A stretch of 53,786 nt of DNA, filler included, from Catajapyx aquilonaris (Eukaryota), in assembly GCA_000934665.2 (NCBI GenBank). It is 2 parts of 2 records of this genome, joined end to end, with 100 filler letters (N's around TTAATTAATTAA, not from the genome) between each part and the next. Parts side by side here need not be neighbours in the genome. Positions count along the whole stretch, not along the records: positions 1 to 26,857 come from JYFJ02005146.1; 1 more part is not named here. One strand, written 5' to 3'. Below are positions 1 to 11,096 of the stretch, piece after piece (positions within the stretch are counted from its first letter, which is position 1; each line of letters opens with the position of its first letter). A program made the position numbers and the translations under genes. Below the pieces are notes generated by a model. It was not told the origin of the DNA. It searched no databases and saw only the letters and a program-made list of their open reading frames with translations.

Positions 1-610
1 ACATAGGGCAGCCCCATTGGGGTACAACATGGGAACAAGTAGCACTGGCTGGCAACAGCGTAGTCTGAATTGAGTTGTGGCTAATGCAAATGGCCACCCC
101 GCCGATTGAGCTAGCAATGCTGGCCGTGGGCATTTCCAACCCGGGTGGGCGAGATGTACCTCATCTGGACCCCCCTACTCCCCCATCCCCTCCACCACAC
201 TCCACAAGAAAGAAACAATGGAGGAAAGGGGGGAGAGTGGTGCCAGTGTCCCAGGCTGTAAGCCCCACCCACCAGGTGCCTCTCTATTGCCCCACCTGCT
301 CCTTCCCACAGTGCCCTGCTAGGGCACACTTTTGGCATGGCCCCACTCTCAGACCTTCCCGAGGGGAGAGAAGAGCAACTCCGTGCTCCGACTGTGCCCC
401 CCAGAGCAGGCGTGTCACCAGCCAATACCGACTTGACCCCACACTTGTATTCCCAATATGCCCCAATTAGCTGTGGGGTTGCTCTTGCATCTGGTATATT
501 CATCACTGGACACTATGGCAAAAAACCTCTCCTGCATTTTTGGTTCACAACACACTTTAAATTGCATCTCAGTCCACATTGAATGCAGTTACAGTACACT
601 AAAGCATTCA

Positions 611-1630
611 ACATGCTTGAGATGTGGTCACAGATTTGTATGCAACACCTGGCTCTTATTATGGCTCGAGTTCTAAACTCATATCAACTTGAAACTCTGA
701 CTTGTGCATGCATGTCATACATTTGTTTGTGAAAGCCACAAATGCTTGCAATGGAACGCCACTGTTGCATGCAGGTGTTGATTTTGACCATGTGCAACAG
801 TTCGCATCTTGTGCTTGAGTTTTTTTGGTTGATTCTTTAAAGTTGTACCCCATGAGACCAGTGTCAATTTCCCCCCCCCCCCCCCCCCCCCCCNAACATT
901 TCCATTTTCCCATTTTTTTTCTTTGAACTTGGTGCAGGGAATCAAGGACATTGGGTAAGGATAGGGATAGGGATAGGGGGTGCAAGTGCAATGTGTGGAA
1001 AGGGGTCATGTGCTCTTCCCCAGGAGGTTAGGTTGCCAGACACCTCCAAGGTGCGGGTCAGAGACCCACCCTGACACAGGTGAAAGGGAGCTCCCAGGCG
1101 GGGATCAAACCTGGGACCTTTCACTCAGCAAGCCGAGACATTACCATCTCGGCCCTTGTGCTTGAGTATTTGATCTACCCCAGGTAGATCAGAAAGTACA
1201 TTCCGCGCACACAACCAGTAACCAATGAATGACATTCCCCATAGGCAGTCACGTGGGACCTCCCCACCTGCCATGCCCACTTCCCTGCCAATTGTCATCC
1301 TCCTATTCTTGCCCTATTCAATTCTCGCACATCACACCTGCGCATATGCCCTTGGGGATGGAATATATTGCAAACGCATGTGCCCTTGTGGATAGAATTG
1401 CATACGCATGCACACACAGGGAAAGAATCGAACACGCACATCTTCAACTTACATGCACAAGTCAAAGTGACAAGCAGATATGGAAACAACCCTCTTCCCT
1501 ACGCACACACAGCACCATGGAAATGCACACAGGAAAGTACAACTCGCGTGCACAAGTCGGAGTTACAAGTTGATATGAGTTTAGACCTTTAGTCGAGCTT
1601 ACAAACAGTACGACCACATCTTGAGCATGT
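611..1630. mobile_element. Degenerate TIR element (MITE-like) containing a SINE
   Basis: ACATGCTTGAGATGTGGTC...TCTAAACTCATATCAACTTG (611-720) is the imperfect reverse complement of 1545-1630. Confidence 0.6.
900..1155 (-). mobile_element. tRNA-derived SINE, family A
   Basis: Reverse complement matches the complete SINE at 15740-16091 (CCGAGATGGTAA...GGCTTGCTGAGTGAAAGG...GGTTTGATCCCCGCCTGGG). Confidence 0.85.
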
Positions 1631-1779
1631 CTGGCCCTCTCGTATAAATACTCTTACTACAAGCAAAATTAATTTATGGAACATACATAGTCTGAAGTGC
1701 CTTAACATGCTGTATGTTCAGAATTTAGCTCACATTCCTATTGGGAAAATCTCACGGCCACTAATTTCCACTTACATCA

Positions 1780-1946
1780 CTGCCGTCCCACGGTAAAACA
1801 CCCTAACTTGAAAACTAGTCGGAGTGAAAGTCGCATGCATGCCCTGCACTAATCCCCCGTGACACAGAGGGGATTAGTGCAGGGTAGGCATGCGACCTTC
1901 ACCCAGACTAGTTATCAAGTTAGGGTGTTTTACCTTGGGACGGCAG
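1780..1946. repeat. About 165-bp near-perfect hairpin (MITE)
   Basis: CTGCCGTCCCA...GCACTAATCCCC pairs with GGGGATTAGTGC...TGGGACGGCAG around a ~10-nt loop. Confidence 0.8.
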
Positions 1947-1985
1947 ATCTGTCTCCTCATCTTCACATATGGGAGTAATTTATAC

Positions 1986-2520
1986 ATGTTAGGCTCAAAC
2001 CTCGAAAACAGCCAGTGAGTGAAAAAAACTAGCATTTCGCAAAATACCCCCTTTCACACCACCCATTTCGTGAAATGCTCATTTTAAAATGGGCAGATCA
2101 CAAAATGCTCCTTTTAAAAAGGCCAGAACACTTTTTAGGACTGCACAAAAATGTCGGATGCGAAATTAGCGTCGTGGCTGGATCAGAAAAAGCCAATATC
2201 ACGCTGTGGCAGTTTCTTGTTTCCCACTATGCCAAGTAGATGCTGGAAATAAATCACCCTATTTTTGTTATCTACAAGGCGTAGTGGTAACAAGAAACTG
2301 CCACATGTTATGGGCCTTTTCTGAACCAGCCACGACACTAATTTCGCATCCTGACATTTTTGTGCAGTCCAGAAAAGCGTTCTGGGCTATTTAAATCGAG
2401 CATTTCAGTATGCCCATTTTAAAATGAGAATTTCCCAATCTACCTGATTTGAAAGGAGCATTCCGCGAAATGCTAGGTATTTCCGCTCAATGGCCGGTAT
2501 TCAGGGTTTGTGCCTAACAT
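1986..2520. mobile_element. Palindromic MITE
   Basis: ATGTTAGGCTCAAACC at the left end and GGTTTGTGCCTAACAT at the right end; internal arms 2140-2230 and 2290-2375 also pair. Confidence 0.7.
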
Positions 2521-2526
2521 ACACAT

Positions 2527-2658
2527 TAAGGGCCGGTTTCACCGAGCTCGGTATATGATAAAACCAGGGTTCTTTCGGGAAATCCCTACATATTTGTATG
2601 GATTTTCCTAAAGAAACCTGGTTTTATCATATACCGAGCTCGGTGAAACTGGTCCTAA
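2527..2658. mobile_element. Hairpin MITE, PIF/Harbinger-like
   Basis: Arms of about 60 bp (GGCCGGTTTCACCGAGCTCGGTATATGATAAAACCAGG and its reverse complement), TAA on both sides. Confidence 0.75.
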
Positions 2659-2786
2659 ATGAGCTTTCCAATCACACATTTGAATCTCTTGCAACATCTG
2701 AAGTCAAATTCAAAGGGGTGAGTTTCTGCCAAGTTCAACCAATATGGATATGAGCTAATTCTGAAAAGTGAGGTATATTTTCCGCA

Positions 2787-2996
2787 TCATACCATTTTAT
2801 CTGTTTCTTCCATGATTATGGCTTCCCCCTTGCCCTTGCTCTTGCTCCCCTTCCATCGCAACTTGGTTTCAGGAAACTTCATAGTATGCAGATTGCATTT
2901 AGCACCTTCAAATACTTGTGCTACTGGGTGTTTGCATATTCCATTGGAATCGCCCTCCCCCACACCACATGCTGCAAACAGAACTTGGTTCCTGTC
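2787..2996 (-). CDS. KANSL2: KANSL2-like, coding exon 7 (probably last); end of the C-terminal C3H-type zinc domain
   Basis: Acceptor TTTTCAG at 2997-2998, phase 0; DRNQVLFAACG...CKHPV...CNLH; TGA at 2787. An alternative donor ATG|GTATGA just before the stop cannot be excluded. Confidence 0.8.
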   Translation of the reverse strand, partial: DRNQVLFAACGVGEGDSNGICKHPVAQVFEGAKCNLHTMKFPETKLRWKGSKSKGKGEAIIMEETDKMV

Positions 2997-3052
2997 CTGA
3001 AAATGCATGACTAGTTATGGATGACCACTGAAAGAACTAGCAATAGTCTTAC

Positions 3053-3312
3053 CTTTAGGATATGTGTCATGCAGAACTTCGATAGTGGCACTACCACTGT
3101 TCCGCACCGCACACCACCTTCCACAAAACTGCATTTGGGTCTATATGGAACTTTGTAATTGGCGCCATCTGTCACTTGTTGTCGCCGGATGTATGCTTGC
3201 TTCGCCAAAACTGCTTCAACCCCCCTCTTGCGCCTGTAGCGGCCAAGAGCTTTGAACTTTTTATAAATCCTATGTTCACCACGTGTTTCCCTAGGAAGAT
3301 TAAGAAAACTAA
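3053..3312 (-). CDS. KANSL2: KANSL2-like, coding exon 6
   Basis: Acceptor TTTTAG at 3313-3314 (phase 1), donor AAG|GTAAG, then a 56-bp intron; KFKALGRYRRKRGVEAVL...CSFVEGGVRC...PLSKFCMTHILK resembles the KANSL2 RYRQRYGVEAL and second zinc region. Confidence 0.85.
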
Positions 3313-3611
3313 CTAAAACCACAGTGATCACTGTTCAATACCTGCAAAGATAACTCCAGTGACAAGAGTTGAAACTAAACAAAATCATGCATGCTTATGA
3401 TGTTAGGATGTCTCTCTTTAGCTTGGAGAAGCTGTTAGGGTCATTTATAATGTCACGAATAAAGGTAAACCAGTTGAGACAAGGAGCGGGATTCATCAAC
3501 CTACGTGATTATTAGACACACCACAGAAATATGTACAACAGAGATAAACAAAAGTCAATTGTAACATATCTCGTCACTCTACAACATGCCAGATTCGTCA
3601 AGATTTTTCTC

Positions 3612-4116
3612 TTAAGGGGGCGCATTAGCAAAAAAATACGGTAACAATCGGTAACAATGCGAGCCCTTGGCGACCACGTAAACAAACTCGCGTATGCATG
3701 GACAGCATATAGGGATTCGACATGTCTACGCTTACGGCCGCAAAAATGGAGCAATGGACACAAAAATTACACCAAAAAATAGGACATGATCTGGTGCAGG
3801 GCACCTTCATCTTCATTTTACCATTTTCGGCCTAGAAGTGACCTTTTCATCAAATTGAAGTGAAAGGAAAATGGCATTCCCGAGAAGCCCATTTGCATAA
3901 CATGGCGGCAGGAAGACGACAAAGTCGGGAACGCTTCTGCGCCCGTATGTCCACAATTTTAATGCAATCATATCAAGTATGGTACCATAGTAAAGGCCAA
4001 ACCTTTGCGCAGGGCACCTTCATCGTGATTTTTCCGATTAACGGTGCGTTTCGCCACAAAAAATGAAATTCCCTCAAAAATGAGCCTACCGTATTTTTAC
4101 TAATGCGCCCCCTTAA
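3612..4116. mobile_element. TTAA-flanked MITE
   Basis: TTAA GGGGGCGCATTAG...AAAATACGGTA and TACCGTATTTTTACTAATGCGCCCCC TTAA. Confidence 0.8.
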
Positions 4117-4217
4117 GTTGTAACTTCTCCCCTTTCCCCACCACCTTCCACACCTTCATCCTTGCACCGTTTCATGGTCTTATAATAAAGTAAAATTATT
4201 ATTAGAAAATGCTGACA

Positions 4218-6342
4218 TTTTAAGGGCGATAGCCCTTAAGTAAGACCGCAGCATAGATTTCAACAATGTTTCAACAATTCATTTTTCCTACTTCTTGTTG
4301 TTGTTATTACGTTTTTTTTATTCGCCCTAACTCAAGTTCTGCTGTAGGTGGAGCTTCCAAATTTTGAACACAGATCCCCACCGTCGTGACTTGATTTTCT
4401 ACCATTTACACTTTTACTTAATTCCTCTTCAAAACGCCGCAAAAAATTTAAAACCACCAAAAAATATGTCTCAATTTTTTGCTCAATAACTATTCGGAAT
4501 TTGGTTTCTTCGTCAAAGGGCTGCAGGTGCAGTAGAATGGTGCGGATCTATGATCAAAATCTCACAGTTCCCACTGCTACAGGATTGGAGCTGTGATTTT
4601 TTTACCTCTTATTTTTTCTGTCATTAATACATTAGTTCATAATGCCATCACCTAGAAACGTCAATTCTTGTTTACCAACTAGCCATATTGTTATTAGCGA
4701 AATGTTATACCCTGCCGCTGCTATAAGGTGAACGCATTGCACGTATTACAGATTTACAGTTGAATCCGGATATAACAGCCTCGGCTATAACATACTTGGT
4801 TATAAAGGCTGTCCCGGCATGCTTCCATTAGGCACTGTGTATTTTCACTCCTGATATAACAGACTCATTTTCACCTCAACTCGGGTATAACGGACCATTT
4901 CTTGGACCCTCGGTGGGAAAATACAGTATTGGGTAAGTTTAGAGCTGCAAAAAAGTCTTCCAGGTTTCTATATATTTTCTGAATCTACTCGATGAGATGA
5001 GTCGAATGACACTATTCCTAGTGTGCGGAAATGCTTGGTGCAAGAGTAATTGAATTTTGAAATTGCAAGTAATAACAATGAATAAATGAAAATAAATAAG
5101 TGTTCCTTTGTTGAAACAGTTTACTCCCATTGTCGAGTGAACGAATATCCATGGTAATTTTAAACGTAGTTTGGGGGTTGTGTGTTCGCAGAAATACTGT
5201 CCGCCTTGTGGTGGCGTAGATGTGGGTGTTGCGGATGTGGATGTGGCAAAGCCACAATAACGTTCGTTGGCCTGCGGCGCCACAAGACGGACAGTAAATG
5301 TTGCGGATACAGAAACCCACAATAAGCGCCCAGCTCCGCTATCGCTCCGCAAAAACTAAAAATATCACGCACAGGCGACGTACCGTGCCTGGCAGGGCCA
5401 CAAGACGGACAGTACTGGTGCGGTCACACCAACGCCTCACAGATAACACCAACACAATCAGAGTGGGGCATGCCTTGAGTAAAACCTTAGGATTAATTTT
5501 GTTGGCGGGCAAGAGGCCTCGATCAGTGGCCCAGGAGATACCAAGCAACTTCCCTCATTACTTCCAGGAAGGCTTGCCCAATTATTCCTGATAAGCACCG
5601 ATGAAATGCCTCGGCCATGGACGCTCCTGAATGATGTTAAATTAAACTCCTACACTCTCGTTCTATGTCCAACGAACCAAGAACAACCGTTTATTTACAT
5701 CATTCAGCATCCCTCACAGCAAGTTTCCACGGAGAATCACCTGACGCAACAATGGGAGTGAACAGTCTCAACAAATGAACACTTGTTTACTTTCATTTTA
5801 TTCATTGTTATTACATGCAATTTCAAAATCCAATTACTCTTGAACCACACATTTCCGCACACTAGGAATAGTGTCATTCGACTCAGCTCATCTCGTAGAT
5901 TCAGAAAATGTATGAAGACCTGCAAGATTTTTGCGGCTCTAAACTGCACCCAAGCCCAGTATTGCTTTCCAGGTATAAAATTTGCAAAAAGGAGACGGCA
6001 GAAGGAAATTTCGCCTATTTTGGTCCTGCGTAATTTTCGGGTGAGCCATCAATATTGCATTTGTGACAGATTTCATTAATCGGTATGTAGTCTAATAGTG
6101 CATAGTACAGCCATATTGAAAGCAGAAATTTATGTTTTCGCTGCGTGACGATTCGGCTATAACAGGCCCGGTTATAACATACTTTTTCCGCAGTCTCTTG
6201 AAGTTTGTTTTATCCGGATTCAATTGTACTATTAAGCCAGACTAATTAAATCAGACTAACAGTTGGCTGGTAGCACTCGACTTTCGTTTTTTTTACGACT
6301 ATCTCTGTGAAAATAATTTTAGGGACTTCTAAGCGACGAAAA
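4218..6342. repeat. Composite repeat block with an inverted second copy at 44519-45993
   Basis: 4218-4923 and 5960-6226 are reverse-complement similar to 45025-45993; 6243-6342 to 44519-44620. Confidence 0.8.
4924..5959. mobile_element. TA-flanked non-autonomous Tc1/mariner-type element with ~215-bp TIRs
   Basis: 4924-5135 pairs with 5745-5959; TA at 4922-4923 and 5960-5961; the empty site GGGAAAATATTG is present in the paralogous block near 45289. Confidence 0.85.
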
Positions 6343-6529
6343 TCGTCACCAATGCCTTCATAGTGCAGACTATGTATAGTGTAGAGCATAAGTTATGTGT
6401 ACTCTCAAAAAAGAACTGAAATTAGATCAAAAACTTTCCCTTCAGTAAAAAAAAAGGAAAGTAAGACCTCCGCGGCAGAATAAAAGTACTGAAACAAGGC
6501 AGGCGCACGTAAGACCTTCACCAATTGAT

Positions 6530-7107
6530 TTAAGCTGTACCATAGGTCTTACTCAAGCAATTCTCAGGTACGGTATGGAACGTCTCGTAAAATGACTGCT
6601 GCAAACTACTCAGAGCAGTAGGTAGGATTTTATTAAGAAAAAAATGGGGGAAAAACTAAACCGATTCTAACAGACTTGGTCCAATCGAAAAAGACCCTCT
6701 AAAATTCACCTATTAACGTTTATATGTGAAAAATTAAACGTTAGAGTTAAAATCAGCATCTAAAAGAGGTGACGATTCTGCATGAATGTTTCATGGGAAT
6801 AATTCGCACTAATCGCATAGAAATTCAATGTGCTTAATATTGAAGTTCCTAATGTCATAAAACACTAATATGGAGTGGCTCATGGAAAATTAATGGGCAG
6901 AATTTTCGTCGTACTACTATTACTATTAACTATAGGTCTGTAGCGGTCTGTAGTTACTGCTAACTTAGCAGTACAATTGCAGTACCCTGGTACTGCTGTT
7001 AGAAGTAATTAGTAGTAGGACGAAAATTCCACAAATTTTTTTCAGAAAGGAGACTTCATGAGCAGTGAATTGGGAATTGCTTGAGTAAGACCTATGGTAC
7101 AGCTTAA
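6530..7107. mobile_element. TTAA-flanked MITE
   Basis: TTAA GCTGTACCATAGGTCTTACTCAAGCAATTC and its exact reverse complement ending at 7107. Confidence 0.85.
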
Positions 7108-8563
7108 GGTGGAAATGAAGCTAGAGTCACTCAATGAGAATTTTATGAAAAAAACATATGTTACGCAGTTTTGTGTCCTCTTATCAATGGTGCAAAGAAA
7201 AATACACGTCACCATGCAAATTAGCGAACTAGAGGGCTCAGAAGTTCGCGATTTAACATGGGCCCTTATGGCAGAATTTTCAATAGTCCACAAAAAAAAT
7301 GATAAGCAAATGAGAATTTTAAAATTTAATGTGGAATATGCCGGGAATTATATACTGATCGTAACCGCAAAAAGAAAAACCTGCCTCACCGTGCTCTTTC
7401 AATTTGTATTGCTGAAAAACGATCCGAAAATGATCCAGTGACGTCACATTGCTCCACTCGAGTGAGGACGTGGCAACACAGCGCTGTTTACGGTAGCGAG
7501 ATACGGTTGCATACGACCGCGAAATATGAGTGCAAGTTAGTATGATGGTTTTCACAATGGCTCACACAGGATTTTCGTTTGGCGGGGGTGTTTGTCAGAC
7601 GTCAGAACCGTTATATTAGTTTATACAGGGTGTATCTGAACTCAGTGCCCCGACGTATATGACTGCCTTCCTAGCCACCAGAGGATCGATTTAAGTACAG
7701 GAATCATTATGTTTGGCCGCCGCATTACGGAGATAATTGGCCGCAAACATGTAGTACAAAATATCTTGTCGGTTAGGCCACCCATCGAACCCTCCCCCAG
7801 TCAGATGGCTCTGGAAGGTCTGGGGGCCGGACTTTGTTGGTTTGTTGCCCACAGGTGGTAAGGCCTCTTTGGCTAGTTACACCAGAAAATTCTATTTAAA
7901 AGTCAGAAGGAGCGATTAGGCAAAAATCGCTAAAGAGTGTATCTCCGTAATGCGGCGGCCAAACATAATGATTCCTATACTTAAATCGATCCTCTGTTGG
8001 CTAGGAAGGCAGTCATATACGTCGGGGCACTGAGTTCAGATACACCCTGTATAGTTGTAATTATAATATAATAATCGAATCATTCGAATCCACCCGGCAA
8101 TGACGTCACATTGCTACGCGATAATTGGCCCGGACCTTTGCTGCGTTGCCGCTTCTATCTGCCACACGCGTACCAACTGAACGTGTTCCAAATCCGACAC
8201 AAATGAAGAGCTACAGGCTCCCCTTTCGGAACTAAACTTTTAAAAATGCCATGACAAATTGGGACCTCGTAATTACGACCGAATAAAATCGATTTCCATC
8301 AAAAATAACAAATATTAAGCACACCTCCAAATACCATGTTTACGTTGGCAGTTGTGAAAATTGCGCCTGCGCACAAAAACTTGCAGCCGGTAATAGGCCC
8401 ATATTAAATCGAGTTTACAACGCAGATTCGAATGGAATGCATAGGATTGAACAGCATTTACTGCTGCATCGGTTGCGTATGTTTCCCTGATTTTAGCCCT
8501 TCTTATTAACATTCCAATTCTAGACTCTCATTTGATTAGCAAGTCGCTTCATTTCCACCTTAA
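7104..8563. mobile_element. TTAA-flanked non-autonomous DNA transposon (GGTGGA termini, Kolobok-like)
   Basis: TTAAGGTGGAAATGAAGC...GCTTCATTTCCACCTTAA; related ends at 26958-27053, 44011 and 46441. Confidence 0.8.
7626..8049. mobile_element. TA-flanked mariner-type MITE
   Basis: About 110-bp near-perfect TIRs starting CAGGGTGTATCTGAACTCAGTGCCCCGACG. Confidence 0.85.
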
Positions 8564-8981
8564 ATCAATTGGTGAAGGTCTTACGTGCGCCTGCCTTGTT
8601 TCAGTACTTTTATTCTGCCGCGGAGGTCTTACTTTCCTTTTTTTTTACTGAAGGGAAAGTTTTTGATCTAATTATATTATAGTAGCCAATGGATAAATAC
8701 TTTATATAGGTGGATTAGGAATGATGCAACCATTTATTGAATTTGTACGCACATTAATAGTATCAAATACCCCATGGCATATTAAGACATCATTGTACTT
8801 GAGTTCTATTGTATTATTGTAATATTGTATTATTGTTTTGCATTATGGGTTGGGGAAAGCTCTCTCCGTCATAAGGACTAACCTCCAGACGTAATAAAAA
8901 ATTATTTATTATTATTAATTATTATTATTATTATTATTATTATGTTTCATGGTCTTATAATACAAAGGTCTGGTCACTCCC

Positions 8982-9165
8982 TCTTATCGCCTGCCGGGGT
9001 GTTTTGCATGAGGTGCTCACTTGAGGCCACATAATGTAGCAGTGAAAGCTGTCTCATAGCGACCCTACCGGACCGCGCTGAACACCACATAATGTAGCAG
9101 TGAAAGCTGTCCCATGGCGCTCTCAAGTGAGCACCTCATGCAAAAAGCCCTGGTAGGCGATAAGA
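8982..9165. mobile_element. Small MITE with an internal direct repeat
   Basis: TCTTATCGCC...GCATGAGGTGCTCACTTGAG arms; CCACATAATGTAGCAGTGAAAGCTGTC occurs twice inside. Confidence 0.7.
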
Positions 9166-9648
9166 TAAGATAATAGGGGTAGTGTCCGGGGGTTGCACCG
9201 TTTCCTCTCCCCATTTCCAAAATGTCTGACATGGCCACCAGCTGCACCCACACCATTTCCACCCCAGCCTGTCCTTCAACCCCACCTGCACTTTCTCCAC
9301 CAGTAGGACCCGCATTCACTGCACAGAGAAGGAAAAAGCCATGCAGCGACACAAAATACGTCTGTGGGCATATGGTGGACCATCTGAAAAGAGATGTGAC
9401 ACACTACAGCTTCCAACACCTCTCGAGGTGGTGTATCTCTTACGAGATTTTAAAATATCTTATAGCAGCCACGAACCTTGGTGAATAGGATAGGTCACTC
9501 CACATGCAGCGGCGGCAAGTTTGGAACTAATGTTGCAACAAAAAGCTTGCTAACAAACCTGAGTTAATCCAGCCCCTTGTCAACAATATGGTTGCTAGAA
9601 GAGCTTGTTGCCAATTATTAGAAGATGAATGATGGCTTGAAGCAAGTA

Positions 9649-10953
9649 CAGTAAAACTTCTATAAGTCGAATCTCCATGGGGCCAGGAAAAAACTTCGAG
9701 TTATAGAATAAAGGTAGAGGTTTGGAATTATTTAAGCACAGAACTCGGTAAGGAAGCCTACCTTTATATCCAGCGACGAAAGGTGTTCATGACTTAAAAT
9801 AATTGTCACTATCACACTTACAATGTTTCTCATTGTTTTGTGTTAAAAACATCTCACAAGGGAAGTGTAAAGGCCAAAACACAAAAAGATTTTGCGGCAG
9901 CGACAAGCGGCAAACGCGTGCCCTGCCAATTGTTATTAATTATTGGCAATAATAAATATAAACAAGAAATATGCCGCAATGCGCACCGTTTGCCGCGCGA
10001 TTTTTTTTTGTGAATGGCCTTAAGTGTTGTCAGTGGAGTTTCTGAATGCAACTTGGCACAATAATATAGGCAGGTAAGTTATTAAAGAAAATGCAAACAA
10101 TTTAGGCAGATGCCCACAAGGTCAAAAGTTATGACCTCTCGAACTCACAAGGGACACTTTCCAAGGTCTCACCGATTTTCTTGAAATTCCGTACATTGGT
10201 AGCCCACCCCAATGGATGAATGCACCTAAAGTGACCTGCTCAAAATGACCCGGTTACCCCTTTTTGGGGGCTATCAATGCACCGAATTTCAAGAAAATTG
10301 GCGAGTTTTCGTCATTTAAGACTTGACCTCTGCCCCCCAAAAGGGGGTCACCGGGTCATTTTGAGCAGGTCACTTTCGGTGCGTTTTTTCATCCCTTGGG
10401 GTGGCCTACCAATGTACCGAATTTCAAGAAAATCTGTGAGACCTTGGAAAGTGTCCCTTGTGAGTTTGAGAGGTCATAACTTTTGACCTTGTGGGCATCC
10501 GCCTAAATTGTTTGCATTTTCTTTAATAACTTACCTGCCTATATTATTGTGCCAAGTTGCATTCAGAAACTCCACTGACAACACTTACACTTCCCTTGTC
10601 AGTTATGGACATTTGGCAACTCTTAAATTCAAGGATTCAATTTTCACAATCGATTCAAACACTTCTTTGGTTACGTCTGGTAGACGGATATCAGGAAATT
10701 GAGCCTTTCTGTACATGTGGCCTCCTCTCGACCCTTCGTCTGGGAAATGAGAAAATTTTCTGGACTTGCAACATGAACTTCAACTTAGGGAGACTGAAAA
10801 TGCATTAACATCCCATCATAAGGCCCTGCCAGCCCTTCGAGTTATAGAAATTCAAGTTAGGGAAGTTTATTTCCTATTATTTTACATTGTGACCAACCAA
10901 GCCCATCTGTTTCTTCGACTTATAGAGAACTTCGACTTATGGAAGTTTTACTG
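9649..10953. mobile_element. TA-flanked pogo/Tc1-type MITE carrying nested insertions
   Basis: CAGTAAAACTTCTATAAGTCGAA and TTCGACTTATGGAAGTTTTACTG termini; an uninterrupted copy lies at 25954-26439. Confidence 0.85.
9853..10602. mobile_element. Foldback element with CTCACAAGGG termini; contains a TAA-flanked Harbinger-like MITE (9871-10020)
   Basis: 10021-10270 pairs with 10335-10590; this segment is absent from the 25954-26439 copy of the host. Confidence 0.8.
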
Positions 10954-11096
10954 TACGTGGCATTGAAATATATATGTGTTATTGTCCAGTTGTTGTCGGT
11001 CCATCAATTGCAACCAGTCCTGAGATCAGTCCAGAGTAGATCCAAAGGCAGGCACAAGATAAGACTATAGATCTGTCAACGTAAGAATGCAACTGC

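Larger units (their letters stand above)
4188..8943 (+). mobile_element. Heavily 5'-truncated non-LTR retroelement (4188-4217 plus 8674-8943) split by about 4.45 kb of nested DNA elements
   Basis: 19-bp direct repeat GTTTCATGGTCTTATAATA at 4169-4187 and 8944-8962; AATAAA followed by an (ATT)n tail immediately before the right copy. Confidence 0.6.

Noticed and set aside
75..582. Overlapping 60-131-aa ORFs in a GC-rich start region
   Set aside because: No recognisable domain or splice logic; likely an unclassified repeat
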